This document shows, in pieces, positions 26,225-39,202 of a stretch of DNA of 64,000 nucleotides (the stretch's first letter is position 1; every line of letters begins with the position of its first letter). The stretch lies in NCBI GenBank assembly GCA_963667785.2, contig CAXXMU010000002.1, forward strand, positions 416,001 to 480,000, given 5' to 3'. The position numbers and the translations under genes were made by a program. A model generated the notes under the pieces. That model was not told where the DNA came from, searched no databases, and saw only the letters and a program-made list of their open reading frames with translations. Source of the stretch: Alphaproteobacteria bacterium (GTDB taxonomy: Bacteria; Pseudomonadota; Alphaproteobacteria; UBA828).

Positions 26225-27424
26225 TCAGGCCGCTGCGGCATGAAGCGCCTGCTCCAGATCGGCCCAGAGGTCGGACTCCGCCTCGAGCCCGACCGAGAGA
26301 CGCACGAGGCCGTCGCCGATTCCCAGCGCGGTGCGGGCGTCGGCGCCGATCTTCTGATGGGTGGTGCTGGCCGGATGGGTGGCGAGGCTCTTGGCGTCGC
26401 CCAGATTGTTCGAGATGTCGATCAGCGCGAGCGAATCGAGAAAGCGGAAAGCCGCCTCCCTGCCGCCCAGGAGGTCGAGCGCCAGCACGCTGCCGCCCCG
26501 GCTCATCTGTCGTGCGGCGAGCGCGTGCTGAGGATGGCTGGGCAGCCCCGGATAGTGGACGGCGGCAAGCGCCGGGTGACGTTCGAGCACGGCGGCGAGT
26601 CGCGTCGCCGTCTCGCACATGCGGGCCGTCCTGAGCTCCAGCGTCTCCAGCCCCTTGAGCATCACCCAGGCGTTGAAGGGGCTCATGACGGGACCCGTGG
26701 TGCGCATGAAGGGCACCAGCTCGCTCGCGACGAAATCCTCGCTGCCCAGGACGGCGCCGCCGAGGCAGCGGCCCTGGCCGTCGACATGCTTGGTGGTCGA
26801 GTAGATGACGATGTCGGCGCCGTGGGCGAGGGGGCGCTGCACCAGCGGCATGCCGAGCACGTTGTCGACGATGACGTGGGCGCCCACCGCGTGCGCCAGT
26901 GCCGAGACCGCGGCGATGTCGACGATGGCCATGGTCGGGTTGCCGGGACTCTCGATGAAGACGCAACGGGTCTCGGGCCTGAGCGCCCGCTCCCAGGCGT
27001 CGAGGTCCGTGCCGTCCACGAGGTCGGTCTCGATCCCATAGCGCGGCAGCAACTGGTCGATCATCACGTGGCAGGCGCCGAACATGACGCGGGAGGCGAC
27101 GACATGATCGCCGGCGCGCAACTGGCTCATGAGAGCCGCGAAGAGCGCCGCCATGCCGGTCGCGGTCGCCCGGCACGCGTCGGCGCCCTCGATCAGCGCG
27201 AGCCGCTCCTCGAACATGGTGACGGTCGGGTTGCCGAAGCGGCCGTAGACGTAGCCCTCCTCCTCGTCCGCCGTCCGCGCATCGCCCTGGGCCGCGCTGT
27301 CGTAGACGAAGCCCGAGGTCAGATAGAGGGCCTCGCTCGTCTCTCCGTGCTGCGAGCGCTCGCTCCCGCCACGCACCAGTTGGGTGGCGGGTGCCCACGC
27401 TCGCTCGCGTTCCTTCCTCCCCAT
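26225..27424 (-). CDS. metZ: O-succinylhomoserine sulfhydrylase
   Basis: GETSEALYLTSGFVY, YGRFGNPTV, ATGMAA, YSTTKHVDGQGR (PLP Lys), SNNLGDAKSL; upstream SAM-II riboswitch. Confidence 0.92.
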   Translation of the reverse strand: MGRKERERAWAPATQLVRGGSERSQHGETSEALYLTSGFVYDSAAQGDARTADEEEGYVYGRFGNPTVTMFEERLALIEGADACRATATGMAALFAALMSQLRAGDHVVASRVMFGACHVMIDQLLPRYGIETDLVDGTDLDAWERALRPETRCVFIESPGNPTMAIVDIAAVSALAHAVGAHVIVDNVLGMPLVQRPLAHGADIVIYSTTKHVDGQGRCLGGAVLGSEDFVASELVPFMRTTGPVMSPFNAWVMLKGLETLELRTARMCETATRLAAVLERHPALAAVHYPGLPSHPQHALAARQMSRGGSVLALDLLGGREAAFRFLDSLALIDISNNLGDAKSLATHPASTTHQKIGADARTALGIGDGLVRLSVGLEAESDLWADLEQALHAAAA

Positions 27425-27428
27425 ACGC

Positions 27429-27455
27429 AAAAACCCCGGCCGCGCTGGCCGGGGT
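27429..27455 (-). terminator. Intrinsic terminator-like hairpin in the metZ leader (riboswitch expression platform)
   Basis: Minus strand ACCCCGGCCAGCGCGGCCGGGGTTTTT, a GC stem followed by a U-tract. Confidence 0.7.
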
Positions 27456-27467
27456 CCCTCCCATCGA

Positions 27468-27522
27468 CCTTTTAGCGCGCATGTTTAGCGTGGCCGCAAG
27501 CCGGTCGCTCAAATCGCCACGT
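27468..27522 (-). promoter_or_regulatory. SAM-II (SAM-alpha) riboswitch
   Basis: Minus strand CGTGGCGATTTGAGCGACCGGCTTGCGGCCACGCTAAACATGCGCGCTAAA matches the SAM-alpha pattern (GTGG.GATTTG...TTGC.GCCACG.TAAACA..GCTAAA), directly upstream of metZ. Confidence 0.9.
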
Positions 27523-27728
27523 CGATCGACCAGAGACCACGGCTCGGCGCGCGCGTCAAGCGTCCGGCTCTTACCACTTCACCGGGAAACGGGGCGGGAG
27601 GGTCCTGCGCCTTGGCGCGACATGGCGCGCGCCCTATCATGCCGGATGGCGGCGCGCCTCAGCGCGGCGGCCGTAGCGCTGCCGTTGCAGGCCGGTGCAG
27701 GCGGGTCGCCTCACGCAGGGAGGAGCCG

Positions 27729-28676
27729 ATGTCGAGGCAGATCACCGTCGCCGCAGCACAGATGGGGCCGGTCCAGCGCACTGATGCGCGCACCCAGGTG
27801 GTCGACCGGCTGATCGCGATGCTCAACCAGGCGCACGCCGCCGGCGCCACGCTGGTGGTGTTCCCGGAGCTCGCGCTGACGACCTTCTTCCCGCGCTGGG
27901 TCATCGACGATCCGGAAGAGCTCGATAGCTACTTCGAGACCGAGATGCCGAACAACGAGACCCAGCCGCTGTTCGCGGCGGCTGCGGAGCTCGGGGTCGG
28001 CTTTCATCTCGGCTACGCGGAAATGGCCACCCAGGACGATGGCTCCAAGCGCTACTTCAACACGGCCATCCTGGTCGATCGCGAGGGCAGGATCGCGGGC
28101 AAGTATCGCAAGGTCCATATCCCCGGCCATGCCGAGCCGCAGCCCGGCCAGCCTCATCAGCATCTTGAGAAGCGCTACTTCGAGCCCGGCGACCTCGGCT
28201 TTCCCGTGTTCCGCGCCATGGACGGCGTGATGGGGATGTGCATCTGCAACGACCGTCGCTGGCCCGAGACCTACCGGGTCATGGGCCTGCAGGGCGTCGA
28301 GCTCGTCATGCTCGGCTACAACACGCCGAGCACCAATCCCTTCGCCAAGGGCGTGGAGGCGCCCCATCTCGGCATGTTCCACAACCACCTCTCCATGCAG
28401 GCCGGCGCCTATCAGAACGGCACATGGGTGGTGGCGGCAGCCAAGGCCGGCATGGAGGAGGGGATTCACCACATGGGCGGGAGCTGCATCATCGCGCCCA
28501 CCGGGGAAATCGTGGCCCTGGCCCAGGGCGAGGGTGACGAGGTGATTGCCGCGCCGGTCGATCTGGAGCGCGGCACCTATATCCGCGAGACCATCTTCGA
28601 CTTCGCCGCCCACCGGCGGATCGAGCACTACGGCCTCATCAGCAGTCGCACCGGCGCGGAGCCGCCGCCCGCCTGA
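27729..28676 (+). CDS. N-carbamoyl-D-amino-acid hydrolase (nitrilase family)
   Basis: AAAQMGPV, FPELALTTFFPRW, YRKVHIPGH, HLEKRYF, MCICNDRRWPE (E-K-C triad), GYNTP. Confidence 0.9.
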   Translation: MSRQITVAAAQMGPVQRTDARTQVVDRLIAMLNQAHAAGATLVVFPELALTTFFPRWVIDDPEELDSYFETEMPNNETQPLFAAAAELGVGFHLGYAEMATQDDGSKRYFNTAILVDREGRIAGKYRKVHIPGHAEPQPGQPHQHLEKRYFEPGDLGFPVFRAMDGVMGMCICNDRRWPETYRVMGLQGVELVMLGYNTPSTNPFAKGVEAPHLGMFHNHLSMQAGAYQNGTWVVAAAKAGMEEGIHHMGGSCIIAPTGEIVALAQGEGDEVIAAPVDLERGTYIRETIFDFAAHRRIEHYGLISSRTGAEPPPA

Positions 28677-28718
28677 GGAGAGCGCCGGCGCGCCGGCGGG
28701 CGCCCGCGCGCCCCCCGC

Positions 28719-29690
28719 TCAGACGGTGAGGACGATCTTGCCGAAGTGCGAATTGGCGCGCATGTGAGCCTGGGCTTCTGCCGCCTGCTCGAGCGGGAAG
28801 GTGCGGTCGATGGGCAGGCTCAGCGCGCCGCTCTCCACCGCCTCCCAGATGTCGGCGCGCATGGCGGCGTTGATGGCGCGCACCTCCTCGATGCTGCGGG
28901 TGCGGAAGGTCACGCCGATGTAGGCGATCCGCTTCAGCGCGTGCAGGTCGAAGTCGAACTCGGCGCTGAAGCCGCCGAGGCGGCCGACGTTGACGATCCG
29001 CCCCAGCACAGCGGCCGCCTGCATGGTCTGGTTGGCGAGGCTGCCGGAGACCTGGTCGATGGTGAGGTCCACGCCCCTGCCGCCGGTGGCGTCGCGCGCC
29101 TGCTCCACCCAGGCCGGATCGCCGGGGTCGAGCGCAAGGTCCGCGCCGAACTCCGTGAGCCGGGTGCGCCGGTCCGCGTCGCGCGAGGTAGCGAGAATCG
29201 TGCCGGCGCCCTTGAGGCGGGCGATCTGGATCGCCATGAGCCCGACGCCGGAGCTCGCGCCCTGGATCAGCACCGATTCGCCCGCCGCGAGCCGGCCGTT
29301 GGTGACCAGCGCGTCGTGCATGGTCTGGAGCGCGATCGGCAGCGTCGCGGCCTCCACCGGGCCGGGGGCAGCGCGGGGCAGGGGGCACACCCGGCCCCAG
29401 TCGGTGACGGCGTACTCGGCGTAGCCGCCGGCGCCCGAGCACATCACCCTATCGCCCGGCCGGAACTCCGGCACCTCGGCGCCGACCTCGGCGACTTCGC
29501 CGGCCCATTCGAGCCCGGCGACCGCACCGGCGCCGCCGAGCGCTCCATGGGGCCGGCCTGCCGCCATGATCAGGTCCGCCCGGTTCAGCCCGCTGGCCGC
29601 GACCTTGACCAGAACCTCGTTGGGCTTGGGTTCGGGCACGGGCACCTCGCGCAGCGCGAGCCCCTCGCCGGTCAGCACCACCGCCTTCAT
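28719..29690 (-). CDS. NAD(P)H:quinone oxidoreductase-like MDR-family protein
   Basis: GLNRADL, GLEWAGEV, LIQGASSGVG, HFGKIVL. Confidence 0.88.
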   Translation of the reverse strand: MKAVVLTGEGLALREVPVPEPKPNEVLVKVAASGLNRADLIMAAGRPHGALGGAGAVAGLEWAGEVAEVGAEVPEFRPGDRVMCSGAGGYAEYAVTDWGRVCPLPRAAPGPVEAATLPIALQTMHDALVTNGRLAAGESVLIQGASSGVGLMAIQIARLKGAGTILATSRDADRRTRLTEFGADLALDPGDPAWVEQARDATGGRGVDLTIDQVSGSLANQTMQAAAVLGRIVNVGRLGGFSAEFDFDLHALKRIAYIGVTFRTRSIEEVRAINAAMRADIWEAVESGALSLPIDRTFPLEQAAEAQAHMRANSHFGKIVLTV

Positions 29691-29958
29691 GCGCCGTCTC
29701 CCCTCAGGTGGTCATCCTCATTGCGCGGCCCCTCATGCCCCGAGCCGTCGCAATGCGCAACGGGCGTCCGCCGGTCCATGCCGTTGCGGCGGGCGGGCCG
29801 GCGCGCCGCTCACCCTGCCGTGCCGGGCGCGTTGTGATGCCACGATGACAGTGCCGTGACCGTTGACGACGTGCATCGGCATGCCCACACTTCCCCCGTC
29901 GAGTCGCTACTCGCACGCGTTCAGAATCCTTGCACCGAGAGCGAAAGGGGGGCGAGCA

Positions 29959-30234
29959 ATGAACAAGGCTGAGCTCATCAAGGCTGTTGCAAGCAGCGCC
30001 GGCATCTCCAGCGCCGATGCCTCGCGCGCGGTGGACGGCGTGTTCGACACCATCACGGATACGCTTCGCAGCGGCTCCGATGTCCGGCTGGCGGGATTCG
30101 GTTCGTTCAGCGTCGCGCACCGCAAGGCCACGAGCGGACGCAACCCGCGCACCGGCGAAGCCATCTCGATTCCCGCCTCGAGGCAGCCCAAGTTCAAGGC
30201 CGGCAAGTCCCTCAAGGACGCGGTCAACTCCTGA
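29959..30234 (+). CDS. hupB: DNA-binding protein HU
   Basis: MNKAELI...GFGSF...GRNPRTGE...PKFKAGK.LKDAVN. Confidence 0.95.
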   Translation: MNKAELIKAVASSAGISSADASRAVDGVFDTITDTLRSGSDVRLAGFGSFSVAHRKATSGRNPRTGEAISIPASRQPKFKAGKSLKDAVNS

Positions 30235-30360
30235 CCGCCGCTGCCACCGGCCGGCGCGGCGCCCTGCGTCGCGCCCTCCACCGGCGCCGCACACCCGGCC
30301 GGGGACGCCCCTGTCCGCATGCGCAGGCGGCGTCGGGCAGGGCAGGAACGGTACAGGCGC

Positions 30361-30436
30361 GGGCGGTTAGCTCAGTCGGGAGAGCGCTTGGTTTACACCC
30401 AAGAGGTCGGCGGTTCGAGCCCGTCACCGCCCACCA
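30361..30436 (+). tRNA. tRNA-Val(TAC)
   Basis: Cloverleaf: acceptor GGGCGGT/ACCGCCC, anticodon arm CTTGG-TTTACAC-CCAAG, TTCGA T-loop, encoded CCA. Confidence 0.97.
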
Positions 30437-30547
30437 GGCGCCCGCCGGGCGCCATCCGTACCCCGCGCGAGACGCCGGCGCCATGACCGTACGCCGGCCG
30501 TCGTGCTGCCTGCGTTCCCTCTCCCTTGCGGGGCGCGGCCAAGCGGC

Positions 30548-30576
30548 TTGACCCCGCCGGACCCCTGCTCTACATG
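30548..30576 (+). promoter_or_regulatory. Probable sigma70 promoter for tRNA-Asp
   Basis: TTGACC-N17-TACATG about 40 nt upstream of the tRNA. Confidence 0.5.
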
Positions 30577-30616
30577 GGGACGGCCGGCGCGGCGATGGCA
30601 CGCCGCCGGATCCGTC

Positions 30617-30695
30617 GGGGGTGTAGCTCAGCCTGGTTTAGAGCGCCGGCCTGTCACGCCGGAGGTCGCGGGTTCGAGTCCCGTCACTCCCGCCA
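30617..30695 (+). tRNA. tRNA-Asp(GTC)
   Basis: Acceptor GGGGGTG/CACTCCC, anticodon arm CCGGC-CTGTCAC-GCCGG, TTCGA T-loop, encoded CCA. Confidence 0.97.
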
Positions 30696-30866
30696 TTTCC
30701 CTGGTGCGCTGATTTCGGAGCCGGGACCGCAGGGGCTGCAACGGAGTGCCGATTTGATGCAGGGTTCGGGCTTCGGGTGCCGCCGGTGGGGGCTCTGGCG
30801 AGGGCACCGCAGGGACGACGCGCGCAGCGTGCCGGTCGCGCCCGCCGGGCGGATGGGCTGAGGCCG

Positions 30867-31241
30867 ATGACCGCGTCGACGTCGCTCCTCCTCGAGTATC
30901 TTCCCATCGTCATCTTCCTCGGCATCGCCGGCGTGATGGCCATAGCCGCTATCGCGGGCTCCTACATCCTCGCGCCGCAGCGGCCCGATCGGGACAAGAT
31001 CACCGCCTACGAGTGCGGCTTCGACGCCTTCGAGGATGCGCGCGGCCGCTTCGACGTGCGCTTCTATCTGGTGGCGATCCTCTTCATCATCTTCGATCTG
31101 GAGGTCGCCTTCCTGTTTCCGTGGGCCGTCTCGTTCAGCGAGATCGGGCTCTACGGCTTCTGGTCGATGGTCGTCTTCCTCGGGCTCCTCACCATCGGCT
31201 TCGTCTACGAGTGGAAGAAGGGTGCTCTGGAATGGGAGTAG
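30867..31241 (+). CDS. nuoA: NADH-quinone oxidoreductase subunit A
   Basis: [37 protein letters not shown]. Confidence 0.97.
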   Translation: MTASTSLLLEYLPIVIFLGIAGVMAIAAIAGSYILAPQRPDRDKITAYECGFDAFEDARGRFDVRFYLVAILFIIFDLEVAFLFPWAVSFSEIGLYGFWSMVVFLGLLTIGFVYEWKKGALEWE

Positions 31242-31786
31242 GGACCACGACCGTCGGCCTGCCGGGTAAGCCGCTGCCGGCAGGCGCCGCCCAGGACCAG
31301 GCACTCTCGCTCGTCACCGACGAGCTGAACGACAAGGGCTTCGTCGTCGCCCAGCTCGACAGCATCATCAACTGGGCGCGCACCGGCTCGCTCTGGCCAA
31401 TGACCTTCGGCCTGGCCTGCTGCGCGGTCGAGTTCATGCAGACCATCGCCTCGCGCTACGACATCGACCGGATCGGCATGGTGCCGCGCGCGAGCCCGCG
31501 CCAGTCGGACGTGATGATCGTGGCCGGCACGCTCTGCAACAAGATGGCGCCCGCGTTCCGCCGGGTCTACGACCAGATGCCCGAGCCCCGCTACGTCATC
31601 TCGATGGGAAGCTGCGCCAACGGCGGCGGCTACTATCACTATTCCTATTCGGTCGTGCGCGGCTGCGACCGCGTCGTCCCTGTCGACGTCTACGTTCCCG
31701 GCTGTCCGCCCACGGCCGAGGCGCTGCTCTACGGCATCATGCAATTGCAGCGGAAGATCAGGCGCACGGGGACCATCGCGCGCTGA
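31232..31786 (+). CDS. nuoB: NADH-quinone oxidoreductase subunit B
   Basis: [38 protein letters not shown]. Confidence 0.97.
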   Translation: MGVGTTTVGLPGKPLPAGAAQDQALSLVTDELNDKGFVVAQLDSIINWARTGSLWPMTFGLACCAVEFMQTIASRYDIDRIGMVPRASPRQSDVMIVAGTLCNKMAPAFRRVYDQMPEPRYVISMGSCANGGGYYHYSYSVVRGCDRVVPVDVYVPGCPPTAEALLYGIMQLQRKIRRTGTIAR

Positions 31787-31815
31787 CGCGCGGGTTGAGC
31801 GGAGCGGGCGAGGGG

Positions 31816-32442
31816 ATGGATACGGCCGGCCTGCGCGATCTCGGCGAGCACGTGGCGACGAGTCTCAGCGACTACGTGTTCGCGGCCGAGGTTCGGCGCG
31901 ACGAGCTTGCGGTCGATGCGCGCGCCGATCAGGTGGTGCGGGTTCTCAAGTTCCTGAAGGACGACCCGCGCTGCCGCTTCGAGCAGCTCATCGACCTCTG
32001 CGGCGTCGACTATCCGGAGCGCGACCCGCGCTTCGATGTCGTCTATCACCTGCTCAGCATCAGCAACAATCGGCGGCTGCGGCTCAGAATCGGCGTCAAC
32101 GACGACCAGCCGGTGCCTTCGGCGGTGGACGTCTATCCCGCCGCAGGCTGGTGGGAGCGCGAGACCTGGGACCTCTACGGCATCCACTTCGCCGGCAATC
32201 CCGACCTGCGGCGGCTGCTGACGGACTACGGCTTCGACGGCCATCCGCTGCGCAAGGACTTTCCGCTCACCGGCTATGTCGAGCTGCGCTACGACTCCGA
32301 GCAGAAGCGCGTGGTGTACGAGCCGGTCAAGCTGACCCAGGAGTTCCGGCGCTTTGACTTTCTCAGTCCCTGGGAGGGCGCGTCCTATCCGCTGCCCGGC
32401 GACGAGAAGGCGGACGACGAAGCCGGCGAGGCGGAGCGCTGA
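31816..32442 (+). CDS. nuoC: NADH-quinone oxidoreductase subunit C
   Basis: [31 protein letters not shown]. Confidence 0.96.
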   Translation: MDTAGLRDLGEHVATSLSDYVFAAEVRRDELAVDARADQVVRVLKFLKDDPRCRFEQLIDLCGVDYPERDPRFDVVYHLLSISNNRRLRLRIGVNDDQPVPSAVDVYPAAGWWERETWDLYGIHFAGNPDLRRLLTDYGFDGHPLRKDFPLTGYVELRYDSEQKRVVYEPVKLTQEFRRFDFLSPWEGASYPLPGDEKADDEAGEAER

Positions 32443-32444
32443 CC

Positions 32445-33623
32445 GTGAGCGAGCGCCAGATCCGCAACATGACCGTGAACTTCGGGCCGCAGCACCCGGC
32501 GGCGCACGGCGTGCTGCGCCTCGTGCTGGAGATGGACGGCGAGGTGGTGGAGCGCGCGGACCCGCACATCGGGCTGCTGCACCGCGGCACCGAGAAGCTG
32601 ATCGAGTACAAGACCTACCTGCAGGCGGTCCCCTATTTCGACCGGCTCGACTACGTCGCGCCGATGAACCAGGAGCACGCCTACGCGCTCGCCGTCGAGG
32701 CCCTGCTCGGGCTCGAGATCCCGGTGCGCGCGCAGTACATCCGGGTGCTCTACAGCGAGATTTCGCGCATCGCCAACCACCTCATGAACATCTGCACCAT
32801 GGCGCTCGACGTCGGTGCGATGACGCCCTTCTTCTGGGGCTTCGAGGAGCGCGAGCGCACCATGGAGTTCTACGAGCGAGCCTCGGGCTCGCGCCTCCAT
32901 GCCGCCTACTTCCGCCCCGGCGGCGTCGCCTACGATCTGCCGTCCGACCTGCTCGCCGATATCGGCGCGTGGAACGAGGCCTTCCCCAAGGTCGTCGACG
33001 ACATCGAGAACGTGCTGACCGAGAACCGCATCTTCAAGCAGCGGACGGTCGACATCGGCATCCTGAGTCCGCAGGAGGCCTTCGACTGGGGGCTCACCGG
33101 GCCGGTCCTGCGGGCCTCGGGAGTCTCGTGGGACCTGCGGCGCAACCAGCCCTACGAGGTCTACAACGACCTCGACTTCGGCATCCCCATCGGCACCAAC
33201 GGCGATTGCTATGAGCGCTACCTCGTCCGCATGGAAGAGATGCGCCAGTGCATGAATATCATCACGCAATGCCTTGAAAAGATGCCGAAAGGTCCGGTCA
33301 AGGCCGAGGACAACAAGATCACCCCGCCGAGCCGGGCGGTGATGAAGGAATCGATGGAAGCGCTGATCCATCACTTCAAGCTCTACACCGAGGGCTACCA
33401 CGTGCCGGCGGGCGAGGCCTACCGCGCGGTGGAGGCGCCGAAGGGGGAGTTTGGCGTCTATCTCGTCGCCGACGGCACCAACCGGCCCTACCGCTGCAAG
33501 ATCAGGGCGCCGGGCTTCGCCCACCTCCAGGTGCTCGACCACATGAGCCGGGGCCACATGCTGGCGGACACGGTGGCCAACCTCGCCAGCATGGACATCG
33601 TATTCGGGGAGATCGACCGGTGA
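32445..33623 (+). CDS. nuoD: NADH-quinone oxidoreductase subunit D
   Basis: [39 protein letters not shown]. Confidence 0.98.
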   Translation: MSERQIRNMTVNFGPQHPAAHGVLRLVLEMDGEVVERADPHIGLLHRGTEKLIEYKTYLQAVPYFDRLDYVAPMNQEHAYALAVEALLGLEIPVRAQYIRVLYSEISRIANHLMNICTMALDVGAMTPFFWGFEERERTMEFYERASGSRLHAAYFRPGGVAYDLPSDLLADIGAWNEAFPKVVDDIENVLTENRIFKQRTVDIGILSPQEAFDWGLTGPVLRASGVSWDLRRNQPYEVYNDLDFGIPIGTNGDCYERYLVRMEEMRQCMNIITQCLEKMPKGPVKAEDNKITPPSRAVMKESMEALIHHFKLYTEGYHVPAGEAYRAVEAPKGEFGVYLVADGTNRPYRCKIRAPGFAHLQVLDHMSRGHMLADTVANLASMDIVFGEIDR

Positions 33624-34213
33624 CGGCGGCAGCGAGCCAGGGCGCCGAGGCCTTCGCCTTCACGCCCGAGAACCGGGCGAAGGCGGACGCCCACATTGCC
33701 AAGTATCCGGCGGGCTGCCAGGCGAGCGCGGTGCTGCCGCTGCTCGACCTCGCCCAGCGCCAGAACGGCGGCTGGATATCGCGATCGGCGATGGAGCATG
33801 TCGGCGCGCTGCTCGACATGGCGCCGATCCGGGTCTACGAGGTCGCGACCTTCTACACCATGCTGAACCTGGAGCCGGTGGGCCGCTACCACGTGCAGCT
33901 CTGCCGCACCACGCCCTGCTGGCTGCGCGGCGCGGATGCGCTGCGCGACGCCTGCCGCGAGGAGCTCGGGATCGGCCTCGGCGGCACCACCGAGGACGGC
34001 CTCTTCACGCTCACCGAGGTCGAATGCCTCGGCGCCTGCGTCAACGCGCCGATGGTCCAGATCAACGATCACTTCTACGAGGACCTGGACCCCGTGCGCA
34101 TGCGGGAGATCCTGCGCGCCCTCAGGGCCGACAGCCCGCCCGCGCCCGGCTCACAGACCGGCCGCCAGACCTCGGCACCCGCCTCGGGCCCGACCACACT
34201 GACCGAGCTCTGA
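33620..34213 (+). CDS. nuoE: NADH-quinone oxidoreductase subunit E
   Basis: [29 protein letters not shown]. Confidence 0.96.
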   Translation: MTAAASQGAEAFAFTPENRAKADAHIAKYPAGCQASAVLPLLDLAQRQNGGWISRSAMEHVGALLDMAPIRVYEVATFYTMLNLEPVGRYHVQLCRTTPCWLRGADALRDACREELGIGLGGTTEDGLFTLTEVECLGACVNAPMVQINDHFYEDLDPVRMREILRALRADSPPAPGSQTGRQTSAPASGPTTLTEL

Positions 34214-34215
34214 CC

Positions 34216-35520
<1,305 letters not shown>

Positions 35521-35533
35521 GGGGGAGCGAGCG

Positions 35534-37591
35534 ATGACGACGCTCACCATCGACGGCGCCGAGATCACGGTCGAGCCCGGCTCGACCGTGATGCAGGCCT
35601 GCGTGCAGGCCGGCAAGGAGATCCCGCACTTCTGCTACCACGACCGGCTCTCGATCGCCGGCAACTGCCGCATGTGCCTGGTGGAGATGGAGCGATCGCC
35701 CAAGCCGATCGCCTCCTGCGCGATGCCGGCGGCGGACGGCATGGTCATCCGCACCGACACGCCTCAGGTCAAGAAGGCGCGGGAAGGGGTGATGGAGTTC
35801 CTGCTCATCAATCACCCGCTCGACTGCCCGATCTGCGACCAGGGCGGTGAGTGCGACCTGCAGGATCAGGCCATGGCCTACGGCCGGCACTTCAGCCGCT
35901 TCGACGAGGGCAAGCGCGCCGTGCGCGACAAGGATGTCGGGCCGCTGATCGAGACCATCATGACGCGCTGCATCCACTGCACGCGCTGCATCCGCTTCGC
36001 CGACGAGATCGCGGGCGTCGAGGAGTTCGGCGCCGTCTTCCGCGGCGAGCACATGGAGGTCGGCACCTACGTCGAGAAGGCGGTGACCTCCGAGCTCAGC
36101 GGCAACATGATCGACCTCTGCCCGGTCGGCGCGCTCACCTCCAAGCCCTACGCCTTCGTCGCCCGCTCGTGGGAGCTGCGCACCACCGAGACCATCGACG
36201 TGCTCGACGCCGTGGGCTCCAACATCCGGGTCGATTCGCGGGGCACGGAGGTGCTGCGGGTGGTGCCGCGCCTGCACGACGCGGTGAACGAGGAGTGGAT
36301 CTCGGACAAGAGCCGCTTCGCCTATGACGGGCTGCGCCGGCGCCGCCTCGATCGCTGCTACGTGCGCCGGGGCGGCGGGCTCGAGGCCGCGAGCTGGGAC
36401 GAGGCCTTCGACGCCATCGCCGCGGCGGCCGACGGCCTCGACGGTAACAGCATCGCGGCGCTCGCCGGCGACACGGCGGATTGCGAGGCAATGACGGCGC
36501 TGGCCGACCTGATGGCGGCGCTGGGCTCGCCCCATCTCGACTGCCGCCAGGACGGCGCCGCGCTCGATCCGACGAGCCGCGTCTCCTATCTCTTCAACAC
36601 GACGATCGCGGGCATCGAGGAGGCGGACGCCATCCTCCTCGTCGGCACCAACCCGCGCTGGGAGGCGGCGCTGGTCAACGCCCGCATCCGCAAGCGCTGG
36701 CGCCGGGGCGGCCTCAGGGTGGGCGTCGTCGGACCGAGGGTCGACCTCACCTATCCCTACCACCATCTCGGCGACGGGCCGGAGACCCTCGCCACGTTGG
36801 CGAGCGGCGGGGACGCTTTCGCCGATGTCCTGAAGCTCGCCGAGCGGCCGATGCTGATCCTGGGCCAGGGCGCGCTCGCGCGGCCCGACGGCGCTCAGGT
36901 GCTGGCCCAGGCCCGGGCACTGGCGGAGGCGACCGGCATGGTCGCGGACGGCTGGAACGGCTTCAACGTGCTGCAGACGGCAGCCGCCCGCGTCGGCGGC
37001 CTGGACCTCGGCTTCGTGCCGGGCGAAGGCGGGCGCGGCACGGCGGGAATCCGCGAGGGCGCGGCCGACGGTGCGATCCGCCTGCTCTACCTGCTGGGCG
37101 CGGATGAGAGCGGGTTGGAGAGGCCCGAGAACTGCTTCGTCGTCTATCAGGGCCACCACGGCGACGACGGCGCGCGGATCGCCGACGTGATCCTGCCCGG
37201 CGCCGCATATACCGAGAAGGACGGCACCTACGTCAATCTCGAGGGTCGGCCGCAGCGGGCCTATGCGGCGACGGCGCCGCTCGGCGAGGCGCGGGAGGAC
37301 TGGCGGATCGTCCGGGCGCTGTCTGCCCGCCTCGGCAGGCCGCTCGCCTACGACACGCTGGAGGAGCTGCGGGCCAGGATGGTCGAGCGCGCGCCCGGGC
37401 TGGCCGCCGTCGGCGACATCACGCCGGCGCCCTGGGGCGAGTTCGGCAGCGCGGGCGCCGTGGACGATACCCCGTTCGCGTGCCCCGTCGGCGATTTCTA
37501 CCGGACCGATCCGATCACCCGCGCCTCCGATACCATGGCCGCGTGCAGCGCGGCGTTCGTGGCCGCGGCGGAGGCCTCCGCCGATGGCTGA
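35534..37591 (+). CDS. nuoG: NADH-quinone oxidoreductase subunit G
   Basis: [52 protein letters not shown]. Confidence 0.98.
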   Translation: MTTLTIDGAEITVEPGSTVMQACVQAGKEIPHFCYHDRLSIAGNCRMCLVEMERSPKPIASCAMPAADGMVIRTDTPQVKKAREGVMEFLLINHPLDCPICDQGGECDLQDQAMAYGRHFSRFDEGKRAVRDKDVGPLIETIMTRCIHCTRCIRFADEIAGVEEFGAVFRGEHMEVGTYVEKAVTSELSGNMIDLCPVGALTSKPYAFVARSWELRTTETIDVLDAVGSNIRVDSRGTEVLRVVPRLHDAVNEEWISDKSRFAYDGLRRRRLDRCYVRRGGGLEAASWDEAFDAIAAAADGLDGNSIAALAGDTADCEAMTALADLMAALGSPHLDCRQDGAALDPTSRVSYLFNTTIAGIEEADAILLVGTNPRWEAALVNARIRKRWRRGGLRVGVVGPRVDLTYPYHHLGDGPETLATLASGGDAFADVLKLAERPMLILGQGALARPDGAQVLAQARALAEATGMVADGWNGFNVLQTAAARVGGLDLGFVPGEGGRGTAGIREGAADGAIRLLYLLGADESGLERPENCFVVYQGHHGDDGARIADVILPGAAYTEKDGTYVNLEGRPQRAYAATAPLGEAREDWRIVRALSARLGRPLAYDTLEELRARMVERAPGLAAVGDITPAPWGEFGSAGAVDDTPFACPVGDFYRTDPITRASDTMAACSAAFVAAAEASADG

Positions 37592-38600
37592 GCCGGGCGT
37601 CTGGAGCACCTACTTCTACCCGCTGTTCCTCACCATCGGGTACATCCTCGCGATCGTAGTGCCGCTGCTGCTGGTGCTCGCCTTCATCACCTATTTCGAG
37701 CGCAAGGTCTGGGCGGCGATCCAGCTCCGCAAGGGACCCAACGTCGTCGGCCCCTTCGGCCTGCTGCAGCCTGTGGCGGACGGGATCAAGTGCCTCTTCA
37801 AGGAGACCATCGTGCCGGCCGGCGCCAACCGCGCGCTCTTCGTGCTGGCGCCGATGGTGACCTTCAGCCTCGGCCTGATCGGCTGGGCGGTGATTCCCTT
37901 CGACCAGCACCTGGTGCTGGCCGACCTCAACGTCGGGCTGCTCTACCTCTTCGCCGTCTCATCCCTTGGGGTCTACGGCATCATCATCGCGGGCTGGGCC
38001 AGCAACTCGAAGTACGCCTTCCTCGGCGCGCTCCGCTCGGCGGCGCAGATGGTCTCCTACGAGGTCTCGATCGGCTTCGTGCTCGTGACGGTGCTGCTCT
38101 GCGTCGGCTCGCTCAACCTCAACGACATCGTCGAGGCGCAGAAGGGGCTCTGGTTCTTCATCCCGCTCTTCCCGATGTTCGTGATCTACGTGGTCTCGGC
38201 GCTGGCGGAGACCAATCGCACGCCGTTCGACCTGCCGGAGGCCGAGGGCGAGCTGGTCGCCGGCTACCAGGTGGAATACTCGTCGATGACCTGGCTGCTC
38301 TTCATGATGGGGGAGTACGCCAACATCGTGCTGCTGAGCGGGCTCAGCGTGATCCTGTTCCTCGGCGGCTGGCTGCCGCCCTTCCACGTCGAGCCGCTGA
38401 TGGCGGTTCCCGGCGTGGTCTGGTTCCTGCTGAAGACCGCCGTCGTGGTCTTCTTCTTCACCTGGACCCGCGCGACGCTGCCGCGCTACCGCTACGACCA
38501 GCTCATGCGGCTCGGCTGGAAGGTGTTCCTGCCGGCCTCGCTCGCCATGGTCGTGATCGTCGCCGGCGCGCTGCACGTGTTCGACTGGTTGCCGAGGTAA
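37584..38600 (+). CDS. nuoH: NADH-quinone oxidoreductase subunit H
   Basis: [44 protein letters not shown]. Confidence 0.97.
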   Translation: MAEPGVWSTYFYPLFLTIGYILAIVVPLLLVLAFITYFERKVWAAIQLRKGPNVVGPFGLLQPVADGIKCLFKETIVPAGANRALFVLAPMVTFSLGLIGWAVIPFDQHLVLADLNVGLLYLFAVSSLGVYGIIIAGWASNSKYAFLGALRSAAQMVSYEVSIGFVLVTVLLCVGSLNLNDIVEAQKGLWFFIPLFPMFVIYVVSALAETNRTPFDLPEAEGELVAGYQVEYSSMTWLLFMMGEYANIVLLSGLSVILFLGGWLPPFHVEPLMAVPGVVWFLLKTAVVVFFFTWTRATLPRYRYDQLMRLGWKVFLPASLAMVVIVAGALHVFDWLPR

Positions 38601-38664
38601 GTCACCCTGGCGACGGCAGGTGGCCTGTGCTATGGCCGCGCCCGGCGCCGACGAGGAGGTCGCC

Positions 38665-39153
38665 ATGCCCGCGATTGAGCAGACAGTCCGATCCTTGCTC
38701 CTGACCGAGCTGGCCGTGGGGCTGGGCGTGACCTTCAAGCAGATCTTCAAGCGCAAGGCGACACTCAACTACCCCTACGAGAAGGGCATGCTGAGCCCGC
38801 GCTTCCGCGGCGAGCACGCGCTCAGGCGCTATCCCAACGGCGAGGAGCGCTGCATCGCCTGCAAGCTGTGCGAGGCGATCTGCCCGGCCCAGGCGATCAC
38901 CATCGAGGCCGAGCCCCGGGAGGACGGCAGCCGGCGCACCACCCGCTACGACATCGACATGGTGAAGTGCATCTATTGCGGCTTCTGCCAGGAGGCCTGC
39001 CCGGTCGACGCCATCGTCGAGGGGCCGAATTTCGAGTTCGCCGCCGAGACCCGTGAGGAGCTGCTCTACAACAAGGAGAAGCTGCTCGACAACGGCGACC
39101 GCTGGGAGCGGGAGATCGCCGCCAACCTGAGCGCGGAGGCACCCTACCGCTGA
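38665..39153 (+). CDS. nuoI: NADH-quinone oxidoreductase subunit I
   Basis: [12 protein letters not shown] and [12 protein letters not shown]. Confidence 0.97.
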   Translation: MPAIEQTVRSLLLTELAVGLGVTFKQIFKRKATLNYPYEKGMLSPRFRGEHALRRYPNGEERCIACKLCEAICPAQAITIEAEPREDGSRRTTRYDIDMVKCIYCGFCQEACPVDAIVEGPNFEFAAETREELLYNKEKLLDNGDRWEREIAANLSAEAPYR

Positions 39154-39202
39154 GCCGGCGACGGCAGGGGCGAAGGGGCACGACAAGCGGGATCGCGGCG
39201 CG

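Noticed and set aside
30361-30866. tRNAs as integration sites for an island or prophage
   Set aside because: No integrase and no duplicated tRNA 3' end seen; the conserved hupB-tRNA-nuoA order is intact.
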